The notes beneath the pieces were generated by a model, which saw only the letters and a program-made list of their open reading frames with translations, did not search any database and was not told the origin of the DNA. The translations under genes were made by a program, and so were the position numbers. This document shows positions 52,614-64,000 of a stretch of DNA of 64,000 nt, in pieces. The stretch lies in assembly GCA_051942205.1 (NCBI GenBank), contig JAVECO010000029.1, forward strand, positions 1 to 64,000. Direction: 5' to 3'. Within the stretch, counting starts at the first letter, position 1, and the number at the start of each line of letters is the position of its first letter. Source of the DNA: Coniocarpon cinnabarinum. Taxonomy: Eukaryota.

Positions 52614-53132
52614 GGCATGTAATCGCATCTCCATTTTGAGAATGCGTGCGCATTACGACGATGAAATGTAGTTTTCCTCACACCAACGACCAAATGCATG
52701 CTCAAACTCCTACACTATTGCTTACAGATCATGTAGGTAGGTCAGAATGCTTCAGAGTCTAACAGAACGAAGCAGCAGGCAAAAATTCTTCTGCTCACTA
52801 TAGAGAAAGGGCATAGCCGGTGCCAGCAGGAGGCTGCTCAGGTCTCGGAAATTACGTAAGAGTGCAGACATATGGGCGAGACCAGATGTGGAGCACGATC
52901 TTTCCGATTATCACAGAAGCAGGCTGCCTTACGTACATGTTCAGCTAGGATCGAGGATTGCGAGTGACGTAGAGCCAAAAGGTCGTCTGCCTCTTTAGTC
53001 CGGCGTAGCATCTCATGCATTATAAATCCTATGGCCCTTCACCCGTCTGCACCAATACTTCAAGACTGAAGTTACCATCGATGCTAAGCTGAGCTCTTTA
53101 TTCCTCCGGCGTGCTTTCTAACTTGCAGCGCA

Positions 53133-55060
53133 ATGTTTGCTGCCTCAATTTTCTGTAGTGAGCTCAGTCTTTTTAACGGCGTGGCTGTAGTATGTGCCCT
53201 CATCGCACTCACGAGACTATTTGCGCTCGCCCTGGTAAGGGTGTACGGCCATCCTCTATCCAACTTTCCAGGGCCCAAATTAGCAGCGGTATCGACATAT
53301 TGGGAATTCTACATGGACTTCTTTGTCCAAGGTGGAGGGCAGTTCCATGCGAAACTGCAAAAGCTTCATGACGAATATGGTTCGTTTTTCCTTCCTCAAT
53401 AGTAACGACTTGATAGTTATCTATGGCCTGAAGTTAATGGACACAGGCCCTGTTGTACGGGTAGCTCCAAACGAGCTACACATTCGAGACTGGCAATTTG
53501 CTAGGTGTCTGTACGGATCTGCGGGGGCTGTGAGTTAAGATGTTGGTTCCAGAGATTTCTAAGATGCAGCTTACCCGTCATCAGGTTCGCCATAAAGCAC
53601 GGTGGCTTGCATTGATGTTTGGAAGCTCGTATGGTAGTGAGTACTGCGTATATGATGAGCCGACCAAGAGTGGACTCCAAGTCTGACATGCCTCAAGCGT
53701 TTGGGACAATTAGTCACGACACTCACAAGCAGCGGCGCAAGATCTTGCTTCCCTTCTTTTCCCGCCGCGCAGTCTTGTGCATGGAAACGACGCTCAATGA
53801 ACAGCTGGAAGAGCTCTGTACCAATTTCCAACGCCGTTCTGATGCCGTGATCAATCTTCGTGTGACTTTCCTGGCTTTGACGAGTGATATCTCGACTGCT
53901 CTGCTGTTGGGACAGGCACACGGGCTTTTACGGAACGATGAACGCGCGCAGAGATGGTACAACGCTCACGACAAGTTTCGTGACGGCTATCCAATCTTTA
54001 AGCAGAGCTTGTGGATAGCTCCCCTTCTGAACACATTCAGAGTCTTTGCGACCATTGCAAAGTATCTCGATAAGGGTCTCGGAGACTTGCTAGGTCTGTA
54101 CTGGGTTAGTTACTGCATCAAGTACCTCTTGACTCGTGTTGATACTTCAGTTGACATCGATTGTTTGCTAGGATATGCACGACTACGCAGTCAAAGCTGC
54201 TCATGAGCACGACGCCATCCAGAAGGACCGAGAAGATGAATATAATGCTCCACTGAGCCTTGTTAAGACCATTTTATCAAGTAATTTGCCGGCAGAAGAA
54301 AAGAGCGTCACACGTCTCACCCACGAGAGCTTTGAAATCTTCGCGGCGGGAGGTGCGACCACCGCGAGAATGATGAACTACGCCGTCTACTACATCTTGA
54401 GCAATCCAAGCAGCAAGGAGAAGGTACTGACGGAGATCGAGCAAGTCATGCCAGATCCTGGAACAATCCCCAGCCTTACGACACTTGAAGCGCTGCCCTA
54501 CCTCGTTAGTATTGCACCTGTTTAAGGGCGGTCAAGTGATTGCTAACGCTTAGCCAGACTATGGTCATTCGAGAAGTACTAAGAGTAACTGCGCTGATGA
54601 CAGTCAGTGTTGCGCGAGTTGCTGACGAACCTTTGTTCTACGGAGAACAGATGATACCGGCTGGTACAACCGTAGGCCTAAGTCTCTCAGACATCTTGAG
54701 AGACGAGGACGTATTCCCCAATGCCCGTGAGTTTTGGCCGGAGCGTTGGGTGGCAGCTGACACTGAGCATCGAAAGCTCATGGACGAATGCTTTGTTCCT
54801 TTTGGGCGAGGAACGCGCGCTTGCCTTGGCATGAAGTATGTTTCTACCAATCCAGATCAAGAATGATGCTGACTACGCTCCGCCATAGTCTGGCATACTC
54901 GCAAATCTATAGGACATTGGCCGTGTTGTTTCGAAGATTTGACATGGAGCTGTACGATACCATGCGAGAGCGAGACATAGACCACAGCTATAGTTGGTTC
55001 GTGGGTGAGCCATCAAGGGCAAGTAAAGGCGTTCGTATCACCCTGAAAAGCAGAGTCTGA
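53133..55060 (+). CDS. Cytochrome P450 monooxygenase (trichodiene-oxygenase/CYP58-like appearance), 7 exons
   Basis: HPLSNFPGPKLAA, GPVVRVAPNELH, FGTISHDTHKQRR, I-helix AAGGATT, EVLR (ExxR), FWPERW and heme motif FGRGTRACLG. All introns are GT-AG and restore frame. Confidence 0.92.
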
Positions 55061-55466
55061 GCGCTTGATCTGTGTAGAGCTAGCCAGCAAAGAAGAAATG
55101 CAGATGATCTTTGGACCTCTGGAGTATGGAGACGGCGCGTTCGGAATATTCTCTGTCAAGTACTTTCTTATTTTCGCCAGCTGATTGAAAGCATGTAATG
55201 GATAAAATGTGCTCTCTGCATTGACTATAGAAAAGCAAACCTGAGAAGCGAGAGATGGAATTTCGGCATTCATGTGAGTAGGAGGGTCATAGTCAATATA
55301 CGTGAGTGACTTACAAACACGACAAAGTAGGACAACTTTATTCTAACAGGAGTCAGAGTATACAATACTGGTACCTGCGAGCGATGAGATCAACATATCC
55401 CCTTTGTCCATCCTGGAGGACGTGGGCTCCTCGTTTTGCGCAAGCCCGAGCCTTGCTGCCATGACC

Positions 55467-57381
55467 TTACTCATCACCAATGGTCTGAAAGCTCGAGATC
55501 TCCCAGCCGTTGGCAGCACTATACAGACTAGCATCAGTTGTGCCGTGCAACACCGGATAATGCAGCTCGCCGGGACAGTCGTCGCCACTAGTGCCATTTA
55601 GACACGCTGCTACGCTCTCTGCCACCCGCTGTCCTTCAAAATAAGCCCCCTGCAAAAACCCGTAATACTCCGGATGCGTATGCTCCCCCGCAAACCAAAG
55701 CGCCCCCACATTGGCTCTCAGATTCTGATGCTGCCGCAGCGTCACGCCAGTCGGCCAATTAGAGTAGCTGCCGTAAGCCCACGGCATCTGACCCCAGCGG
55801 GGATACATGAATGCCTTGGGCTGCGGCACTTGAGCTCCGAACATCTGACGTAGCACTTCTAGGACTTCAGACAGGGTCGTGGCATCATCCTGTGCTTCGA
55901 CGCGGCGACTCTCAGCGTCTACGACAGTCACGAAGAGAATTCCTGAGTTTTCGAGAAAGCCAGGCGCAGCCAGCGATTGCCAGACGGGATAGTATCCCCG
56001 TGTCGTGGGCGAGGCATAGAGGAAGAATTGGGTATTCTGATCCCAGAATTGCTCACTGGGCTCGAACTGTAAGAAGATTTTGGTGTAGATGCCCATGCCG
56101 AAGCTGGCGATGGCGGATTGTTTCCAGGATGGAAAGACGGGGTCGAACGATACGGGCGCATCGCCGGCGTGGGCGGCTTGCAGGACGCCGAGGCTGAAGG
56201 TGCAGATTGCGTGGCGGGCTCTGAAACAGCGGCTGTCAGATGTAGTTACTGTTACAGAGTCAGGAGCGTGGGTTATGTTTGTGACGATGGTGTTGAGGAG
56301 GAGGCGTGGATCATTGGGCGCGAGATACTCGCTTGCGAGGCCGCATATAAAGGTGTTATAGCCGCGTTGATCGAAGACGTAGTTGTTTGCGTCGCTGTAT
56401 TGGTAGAATGTTGTGTTGTAGTTGACGATGCCGAAGACTTGTGATGTTTCTGTGGGTGGAAAGGCCCATTCCCAATCTGTGACGTGTCAGGTTTTTCAGG
56501 TATCAAAGCTGACTGGTCAGCTGGCTTACCCCATTGCCACCAGTCTACGGCTTGCCTCGCCATGTTGCGCCGCGGCTGCCATCCGGCGAGTGTGAAGGCT
56601 GTGGCTGCATTTTGGTCGAGGAGATTCTCGCTCAGAATGGTGCCTGCATCTTGCTCGACGATACTGTAGGCGTCCTCATACTCATCGAAGAGGTATGCAT
56701 AGTCGGTGAAGCCTGTTTCATTGTAGGTCAAGATGTCTGAGTAGTTGCTGTAGGTGTTTGTTACGTTGTAGCGTTTAGCCTATGGCTATTAATGAGGTCG
56801 CCGGAAGTTTACGAGAAGCATTGCCGTACTAGAGTCCAGATAGGGTTCTCTGGTCCACCAGGACTACCCAGACCTTGCACCTTCAGGTTGTCAGCTATTC
56901 CTTGCCACCGAGAGACCTTTTCTCGGACGACGACGTTCTTGCAATACAGGAAGCACGTCCGTCAAACAAACATCCGATCAGCAAAACCTACCCAATTCGC
57001 GCCCAACTCTACGACATAAGGTTTTCCATCCGGATCAGATCCGAAGTTAGTGTGTGCAACTCGCCCTCGAATCACATCGTTGTACTCGAGGATCAGGAAG
57101 TCCGAGATGGAGTTGTTTGACAGAGCTTGCTAAACGAACGTCAAAACTTCGAAAAGTTTTAGGAGTAGACAGCACCGATGCTCACGCCAGCAGTGATTCC
57201 GGCAGCTCCCGCGCCTCTACTTCACGTCAGCCGTGTGCTAATCTGCATCGCCATCAAACGCCAATCACAAGATTAGGACCTGAGTCTCTTGGCATGCAGA
57301 AGCATCATCACCTGCGCCAGGTACAGCATAAGCGCAAAGATACAGTAAGCTCGAAACAGCTAGGGATCTTGAAGCAAGCAT
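55467..57381 (-). CDS. Secreted flavin-containing amine (polyamine) oxidase, multi-exon
   Basis: Signal peptide MLASRSLAVSSLLYLCAYA, FAD motif VLILGAGAAG, VELGANW-VQG, CTFSLGVLQ, YTKIFLQF, YGSYSNWP and WFAGEHT..YYGFLQGAY. Confidence 0.9.
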
Positions 57382-58014
57382 CGTGGATTACGAGAGATGA
57401 CATGGACTTGGAAGACTTGATTCTATATTTGCAGCTATTCTGATAAGCTCTGCAGCTACATGTACGTACTAGGTAGGTGCCCCTGTATTTAGCTGATAGC
57501 ACACAAAATTTGTCAATTTTCTTTCATCGAAATCGCATTAGATCTTCCTATGCTGTGTCTATCATGCAAGAGTATGGCAGCGTCTTTCTGTCATATGTTG
57601 TTACAAAATTTTGAAGCATGTAAAGGTGTAGTCCAAGCAGATGAGATGAAAATCTGTATGGTAAATCGAATGACTCGCGGCACGTGGCTCAGTGAAAAAA
57701 AATGTGACACCAATGTATGTATCTCTCGCCTGAAACTTAAGACCATGTGCGAAGCTCTCATGGGTACAAGGACTCTCAATGTCTGGGAAACCTTGCCGGA
57801 GTCTTTCATTATTTTTCCACGAAGGCGCTTCGCTTTGCAGCAAGGACGTGTCTCCCAAGATGAGGATGACAAATTCGCGATTGTGATGGGCACAAAAGGT
57901 ACTGGAGAATGGTAGCATGGAGAATCAAGTATCCAAACTTACCTGTGTGTATGCACAGTTCCATAGCGGTCGTTTTTGCTGGCTACACCGAGGCAAAAAC
58001 ATGGGTCAGCAACC

Positions 58015-60465
58015 ATGGATCACCTCAATATTTCGACGAATGATCCCTGCGATGATATCAAAGTGCCGTATCTGGTTGATTTGTACCCCAATCTTGCTTT
58101 TGATCCTGATAACGACACATTCGTTAAGTATCTGACGCGCGTGGGCTTTGATCTTTCCCGATTAAGGTCCAGCACGCCCCAGCGTTTTACCAACCTACAG
58201 ACAATGTGCATTCTGCAAAGCTGGATCTTCTTCGGGCTTTCACTTGAGTCTGCATCAGACGCGGGGATTCCTCTAGAGCACAGTGATTTGATTCGAGAAC
58301 AACTTTTCGGGGTGGCAGAAGGCTTACAGGTGCAACACTGCCTGGATACACGCAAAATGCCTGCACTTCTTTGCGAGTTGGAGCGGAAATCACAGCCGGA
58401 AAGCTGTGACCCGGAGTGGAGACAGCAAACTGGTCAAAACCTTGTGCAACGACTGTCGCTTCTTGCAACTTTCTGGCGGAGCTTGTTTCGTGATTTTGAA
58501 AGCGTCACCTTCGTCGCCAAAGACGAGAGCCTAGCAGGGAATCTGTCAACAGCTAAGAGAGTTTTGCTGTCCGCTGCTGTTGTCAGCGAATTCTTTGAAA
58601 GTCAGGCTTCGTCTCTCTGGGATCAGGCGAATACTCCTGTGGATACCGGGCCACGTTATCTCCCAGACAGTACCAGACTCTTTCCCCCTGGACTCGATTG
58701 GATCAAGGGCAGGTTACTATGGCGGGCCGGTTGGTGCTCAAAAGAAGTAGACGAGTTTCTTCACAAGAGTCAGAAAGTATCCCGTCTGTATACCTTGACG
58801 TTCATCGAACAGCAGCCGCGACTGAATCATGATGCCTGCGCGAAGAAGCGCGCGAAAGCTTGTCGGTATGACCATGTAAATGAAGCTCGGTATCGAAGCA
58901 AGCACCGACCGTCATGTGCTAGAGACACGTGCAAGCTCTGGGGACCGGAAGGTGAGGCTCTGAGCTCTCTACTTCAGACGCTCGATGCAGGCTTCACACC
59001 TGTCATTGTCTTTGAAGACAGAGACCTGAGTTCTTCAACACCGTCCATCAAATGTGCACAGGAACGATCAAGGCCCTACGTAGCCATCAGTCACGTGTGG
59101 CAAGAGTGAGTTGCCTGTAAAAATAAACTTCCATAAGCATGGCTAAACCAACCTCTCAGTGGTCTTGGAAACGTCAGCCAGAACGCGTTGCCTCTATGCC
59201 AACTTCGTGAGCTACAAAAATGGGTGAACGAGCTCTACGCTGAAGATCAATGGCCTGTTGCGTTCTGGATCGATACAATATGCGTGCCCCTTGACCGTAC
59301 GTATCGCAGGAAAGCTATCAAGAGTATGTATCGCGTGTACAGCGACGCAGATAGAGTCCTAGTCATTGAAGCGACCCTTTTGTCTTTGAATGTCGCACAA
59401 ACTCACCCCACGAAGTTGCTGCTCGCGACATCAACGAACAAGTGGGTACGTCGATTGTGGACACTACAAGAAGCTATGCAAGCAAAGCAGCTCTACTATC
59501 GGTACTCTGATTGTGCTTGGCCACAAGCTGGCATGCTAAAGTGGTACGAAGCCGAGCTTGGTCACGTCGATCTGAACAAGTCATCGACAAGCGTCCCTTC
59601 CACTTTTGACATGCAGTCTATATTAAGACTTATCTATGCCGACGCAGTCGCAGGTCCCGCGTGGAATTCCATTACCGCATTTTACCAGATCCAAAACCGG
59701 CGCAGCGATCCTCAGTGGGCCAATCGAAGTACGATCAACCTTCTTAATCTGGCTAATTGGCGCCGAACGAGTCGCTGGGAAGACGAGCCATTTTGCCTAT
59801 CTTCCATCATGGGGTGCAGTCCTGCCGTTCAAGAGCTAATCGCCGACACGAAAGACTCTGAGCGCATGTCCGTGCTTTTCAAATCACTCACTACGATTCC
59901 CACGAACATTCTCTTCTCGCTTGGGCCAAGACAGAAGCAGAAGTGCTTCTCATGGCTTCCGGAAACATTCTTGGGGCGTGAGTCGAGCACAGGTCGAGCG
60001 TTTTCATTGACGACGTTGGACGGTGACCACGCCTCAACTGTGACACCAGAAGGCCTCGCTGTGACTTGCAGCGGTATCGTCATAGAGGGCAAGGCCAAGT
60101 ATGACGACGTCGTCATATCTTTCTACGGCACCGATAACCACATCCTGAGCTTCATTAATGGGTCTGAAGCTGAGCCGAGTTTTAGGTTCCGCTCCCCGAC
60201 CAGCAAGCGCCTCGCAGCTATGTGTTTCATGAAGGCGGACGTGCTCAAATCACCAAAGGAGACGAGCGACGGACGACATCACGAGCTGAATGCAGCGCTC
60301 TTAGAGATCACAGGGCGTACTGAAGACCGGCTTGTCGCACGGTTCCTGTACGCGGGTTTGATCACGAATGAGCTGGATCCGGATATGGTAGCTCGGATGC
60401 GCGAAACCCAGAATCCATTGAAGTATCATTGTCTACCCGAAGATCAGCAGTGGCTCGTGCAATGA
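58015..60465 (+). CDS. HET-domain (heterokaryon incompatibility) protein; intron 59106-59159
   Basis: HET blocks PYVAISHVWQD-GLGN...LP.CQL, FWIDTICVP, AIKSMYRVY..AD.VLV, WVRRLWTLQEA and RRTSRWEDEPFCL. The N-terminus has LQSWIFFGL and GWC. Confidence 0.9.
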
Positions 60466-61111
60466 CCTCTACGAGAATCATGATTAGGAGCCATTGCCGA
60501 GATCTTTGTTCTGCGCTGACGGCATTGACGTTGGTAAGGCCACGAGCACAGTAGCGAAACCCTCTCGCGTGTCGCAAAGCACTGATTCGCGCCGCAGCAA
60601 GTACTGTATGTAACAAATTCCTTGACAGCCGCTTTAAAGGCCAACTTTGCGTTCGAGAACTTCTTGAGCGAGGTGGACTGATATGCTTAGGCTGTTAGAG
60701 AGGGCACAAAACGATTGTAAACAATTGTGTCGGTGCTGCCCATGATGGAACGACCGGTCGGAACATACCATCTCTCGAACTATTTGTGGAAATGCGTAAA
60801 GAGAGTTGACAGCGATTGCACACTTTTGCAGAAGCATGAAGTCTTTGCTCGAATAGCCAAAGCCAATGTAAAGTCAGATCGTATCTGCTCGTATTCATCG
60901 CACGGCTAATTCTACTGTATACACTCATAATCTATACTAGATAAAACATGCTTTTGAAGCCTTTGAAAGTGTGTCACATTGACACAGTCTAAAGAGCGTC
61001 TCCCTAGCCCGTTCCCCTTCGCTTTCACTTTCCCGCAATCGCAGGTCGAACGCCTTGTTTCGCCACCCTTGACAGACCCAGTAATGTCAGTCCCGTTCCC
61101 CACTCACGCCG

Positions 61112-63952
61112 TTACCTTGGATTACCGATAACGTTTCTCAGCTGTTCGTGGTCTTCATGGAGACTCGGTCCAGCATCATGTTCGCGATCGTGGGAGCCAA
61201 ACAAAAAGATCAACTCCTCACGTCCCAGTCGACTCAGTTTCTGTCCCTCCTTCTCATCCAGCGCTTGATTGATAAGCGTGCGCTTCTTCTCCTGCAGCGC
61301 CACGATGCGGTCTTCCACGGTTCCCTGAATCAGCACGCGATGCACATGGACATCACGCATTTGCCCGATACGGTGTGCACGGTCGATAGCCTGCTCTTCA
61401 ATGAACGGATTCCAGAAGGGATCAAGGATGATGACTTGGCTGGCACAGTTAAGGTTCAGACCCGCATTGCCGGCTTTGAGTGAGATGAGCATGATGTTGC
61501 AGTCAGGATGACTCGAGAACGTCTCCACAGCTTCGTGACGCTCTTTGGCGTTCATGCTACCATCGTAGCGCACGTAAGACCACTTTCTCTCAGCAACAGG
61601 AATCTCGAGAAGATCGAGGAACGAAGTAAATTGGCTGAAGATGATGGTCTTTTCAGTAGGGTCGTTTTCGCGTATGCCCTGAAGGATCTCAAGCGTTTTG
61701 TCAATCTTGGAGCTGGAAACGAAGCGCTTGCGAAGACGACGCATGTACTTCTTCTTGGCAGCTTTGCTGCGCTGGCTCTCGCGCTTGAGTTCAGCAAGGG
61801 TCAAAGTTCGCTTGCCCACCTTGGCTTTGCCCTTTCCCTTCTTGTTCTTCTTCCAGGCAGCCTTCTTGTGGGTCGTGCTCTTGGCCTTTTCAGGTGGAGC
61901 AGGCTTGAACTCATCCTCAGACGCCTCTTCGTGCTTCACACTCGTCCAAGGCTCGAGATCATCATCTTCGGTTTCAGAGCCGGGCTCTTCTTCTTTTTCC
62001 ACTTCGTCATCTGGCACAATGAATTTGTGCAGAGAGCCATCGTCTTCGTCAAAGTCTGAGTCCAGATCCGAGTCAGGGTCGGAATCAGTATCAGACTGGC
62101 CATCGTTGAGAGCATCTTCGCCGAACTTCTCCTTGTATGCATCAGGCAGATGCACCTTCTGGAAAAGATTGTAGGTGAGGACTTTGCGCGGATCAACAGT
62201 TTGACGACACTCTGGACACTTGACGTTCGACGCATCCTCGCGCCGCTGTGCGGCTAAGGAGGGATCCATCATCTTTGTGAAACAGTCAGAGCAGACATCA
62301 TGACCACAGGGGAAAAAGATTGTAGGATTCTCCGACCCATCGTAACAGACTGGACATTCGAAAGCCCCATCGGCGTCCTTGATGCGCTGCACTGCACCGG
62401 CGTCAAGATCACCTGCGTAATTGACCATTTGGGCCTCAGTCGCTTCAGCTCCAACAGGTATTGCATGGTCTTCGATAAGATGCGGATGATCACAAACTTG
62501 CCGCAGACGCAGCAGCATGACGAGGATATTGGAATAGTTTCTGCCCACTGTCCCAGCATCGAGATACCTGTTAAATTGGAGTTGCGATTTGTGCTCGATG
62601 TGATCGTAGAACGCCCTCTGGTCGTCATCAAATTCAGCATTATCCTCGCCCACGAAACGTTCCTTGAGATTGAGGATTGGTCTGTCATCGATCTTGCTGT
62701 CCTTGGTCCGCCGAATCATGATGACCTTGAGCAGTGCTTGCAAACACTTCATCGTCTTTGCTTTGACCCTCTCGCTGCAATTGCGCTTCAATGGTCCAAA
62801 CGTCTTAGTGAATTTGGTCAGATCGTTGTAAGGCGGAATCCTTAGAAATCTGATGAGCGAATAGAGCTCTTCCACGCTGTTCATCATCGGCGTCCCAGTC
62901 ATGACAAGACGGTGCTCGGCCTGCAGGCGACAGGTGGCCTGAGCAGCGTTGGTGTTGCGGCCCTTGATAGCTTGCGCCTCATCAAGAATGACCCGGTACC
63001 AACGACAGTTATCTCCCAGAAGGTTGAGTTCAGGTTTTGGCTCATTGTACGAAGCATCTTCAATCTTTTTAGCTTCCCAGCCAAGCAATCGTTTAAGCTC
63101 TGCACCAAGAGTGCCATAAGAGGTGAGCACGACATCGTACTGAGCCAGGCCTGTATATTTTGTTTTCAAGGCGCTCGCTCCGTGGTAGATGAAGACCCGC
63201 AACTTCTGCGAAGTTCGCACTTTGGTCTCAATTTCTTTCTGCCATTGTCGCAGCAAGGCCACAGGTGCAACAATGATAGTAGTCTTTACAGATGTATCGT
63301 TGGACGGACGCGAAAGCATGAGTGCCAGAGCTTGAATCGTCTTTCCCAGACCCATGTCGTCTGCAAGAATGCCGCCCTTGCGAGGAGACTCTTCTTGTTC
63401 TTTGAGCCAACCAAGACCAATTTTTTGATGCTCCATCAATGGAACTTTGAGAGCGGCAGGTCCACCCTCGCGCTTTTCCCGTGGAATCTCCTCGTCTGGC
63501 TGAATGTCCTCCAATAGCTGAGCAATCTCTTCCTTCGTTTTAGCAGGATCACTGAGCATATATTCCATATTCCTGTCCCGAATGTCGTTCAGCTGCTGAC
63601 TCGTCCAACCGCTCGGTCCAGGCTCAGCGTTGTTTACGTTGTATCCAAACACTGATTCCCCACCGCGTCCATGGACTGAACCGTAATTTGACCGAGGTTC
63701 GCTCATTGATGGTAAGGTGATGGACGGAGGTCGCGCAAATGCCGAGCCCGGTATGCCACCAATGAAATTTTTCAGTCGCTGCATTGTAGTCATGTCATTA
63801 TTTCCGTAGTTGCCGATATGACCCTGGAAACCAGAAGAGCTCGGCTGCGAGAAGGCACTTGAGTTGTAAGCAGTCGCTGAATTCCACGGATCATTCGGAA
63901 AAGCGCCCGGGATGTCCGGTTGACCAAAGCGGCTGGAAGAGTAAGACTGCAT
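61112..63952 (-). CDS. SNF2/Rad5-16 family helicase with RING finger (Uls1/Ris1-like); frame stays open to the window end, so the true start is probably outside
   Basis: GGILADDMGLGKT, VILDEAQ, TGTPMMN, LLRLRQ.CDHP, RING CPVC..CGHDVC.DC..CPEC, IIFSQFT, GLNL and QAIDRAHRIGQ. Confidence 0.9.
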   Translation of the reverse strand: MQSYSSSRFGQPDIPGAFPNDPWNSATAYNSSAFSQPSSSGFQGHIGNYGNNDMTTMQRLKNFIGGIPGSAFARPPSITLPSMSEPRSNYGSVHGRGGESVFGYNVNNAEPGPSGWTSQQLNDIRDRNMEYMLSDPAKTKEEIAQLLEDIQPDEEIPREKREGGPAALKVPLMEHQKIGLGWLKEQEESPRKGGILADDMGLGKTIQALALMLSRPSNDTSVKTTIIVAPVALLRQWQKEIETKVRTSQKLRVFIYHGASALKTKYTGLAQYDVVLTSYGTLGAELKRLLGWEAKKIEDASYNEPKPELNLLGDNCRWYRVILDEAQAIKGRNTNAAQATCRLQAEHRLVMTGTPMMNSVEELYSLIRFLRIPPYNDLTKFTKTFGPLKRNCSERVKAKTMKCLQALLKVIMIRRTKDSKIDDRPILNLKERFVGEDNAEFDDDQRAFYDHIEHKSQLQFNRYLDAGTVGRNYSNILVMLLRLRQVCDHPHLIEDHAIPVGAEATEAQMVNYAGDLDAGAVQRIKDADGAFECPVCYDGSENPTIFFPCGHDVCSDCFTKMMDPSLAAQRREDASNVKCPECRQTVDPRKVLTYNLFQKVHLPDAYKEKFGEDALNDGQSDTDSDPDSDLDSDFDEDDGSLHKFIVPDDEVEKEEEPGSETEDDDLEPWTSVKHEEASEDEFKPAPPEKAKSTTHKKAAWKKNKKGKGKAKVGKRTLTLAELKRESQRSKAAKKKYMRRLRKRFVSSSKIDKTLEILQGIRENDPTEKTIIFSQFTSFLDLLEIPVAERKWSYVRYDGSMNAKERHEAVETFSSHPDCNIMLISLKAGNAGLNLNCASQVIILDPFWNPFIEEQAIDRAHRIGQMRDVHVHRVLIQGTVEDRIVALQEKKRTLINQALDEKEGQKLSRLGREELIFLFGSHDREHDAGPSLHEDHEQLRNVIGNPR

Positions 63953-64000
63953 GTTTGGGCCATGTGGTGAGGGCCCTAGAGTTCGGTGGTTGGGACGAAA

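Noticed and set aside
57550..57918. Overlapping 100-120-aa ORFs on both strands between the amine oxidase and HET genes
   Set aside because: No motifs, and they lie in a divergent promoter region, so they are likely chance ORFs.

Overview
Gene-dense, intron-rich filamentous ascomycete (Pezizomycotina) genomic DNA. I manually reconstructed about 26 protein-coding genes from splice signals; several are invisible or fragmented in the ORF track (dynein light chain LC8, INH1, ATP synthase subunit g, a small secreted Cys-containing protein). The left ~36 kb is mostly housekeeping genes: CSN12, a CNT nucleoside transporter, SFH1, ROK1, ATP20, DYN2, MRD1 with an intronic snR64-like C/D snoRNA, an AbaA-like TEA factor, a C2/Munc13-homology protein, 14-3-3, INH1, NSP1 and a DUF5102-like gene. 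A small accessory island lies at ~6.6-11.8 kb. The right part holds an MBOAT acyltransferase, a group III hybrid histidine kinase and an alpha/beta hydrolase. Next comes an AT-rich fold-back (MITE-like) element, followed by a compact tailoring-enzyme cluster with no PKS/NRPS/terpene-synthase core: UbiA prenyltransferase, O-methyltransferase, PTH11-like membrane protein and P450. Two of its promoters share an exact 10-bp motif, TCCGGCGTAG. The window ends with a secreted polyamine oxidase, a HET-domain gene and a SNF2-RING helicase. The core-less prenyl-aromatic cluster is the best candidate for an undescribed system. All family assignments come from motif recognition, not database searches.
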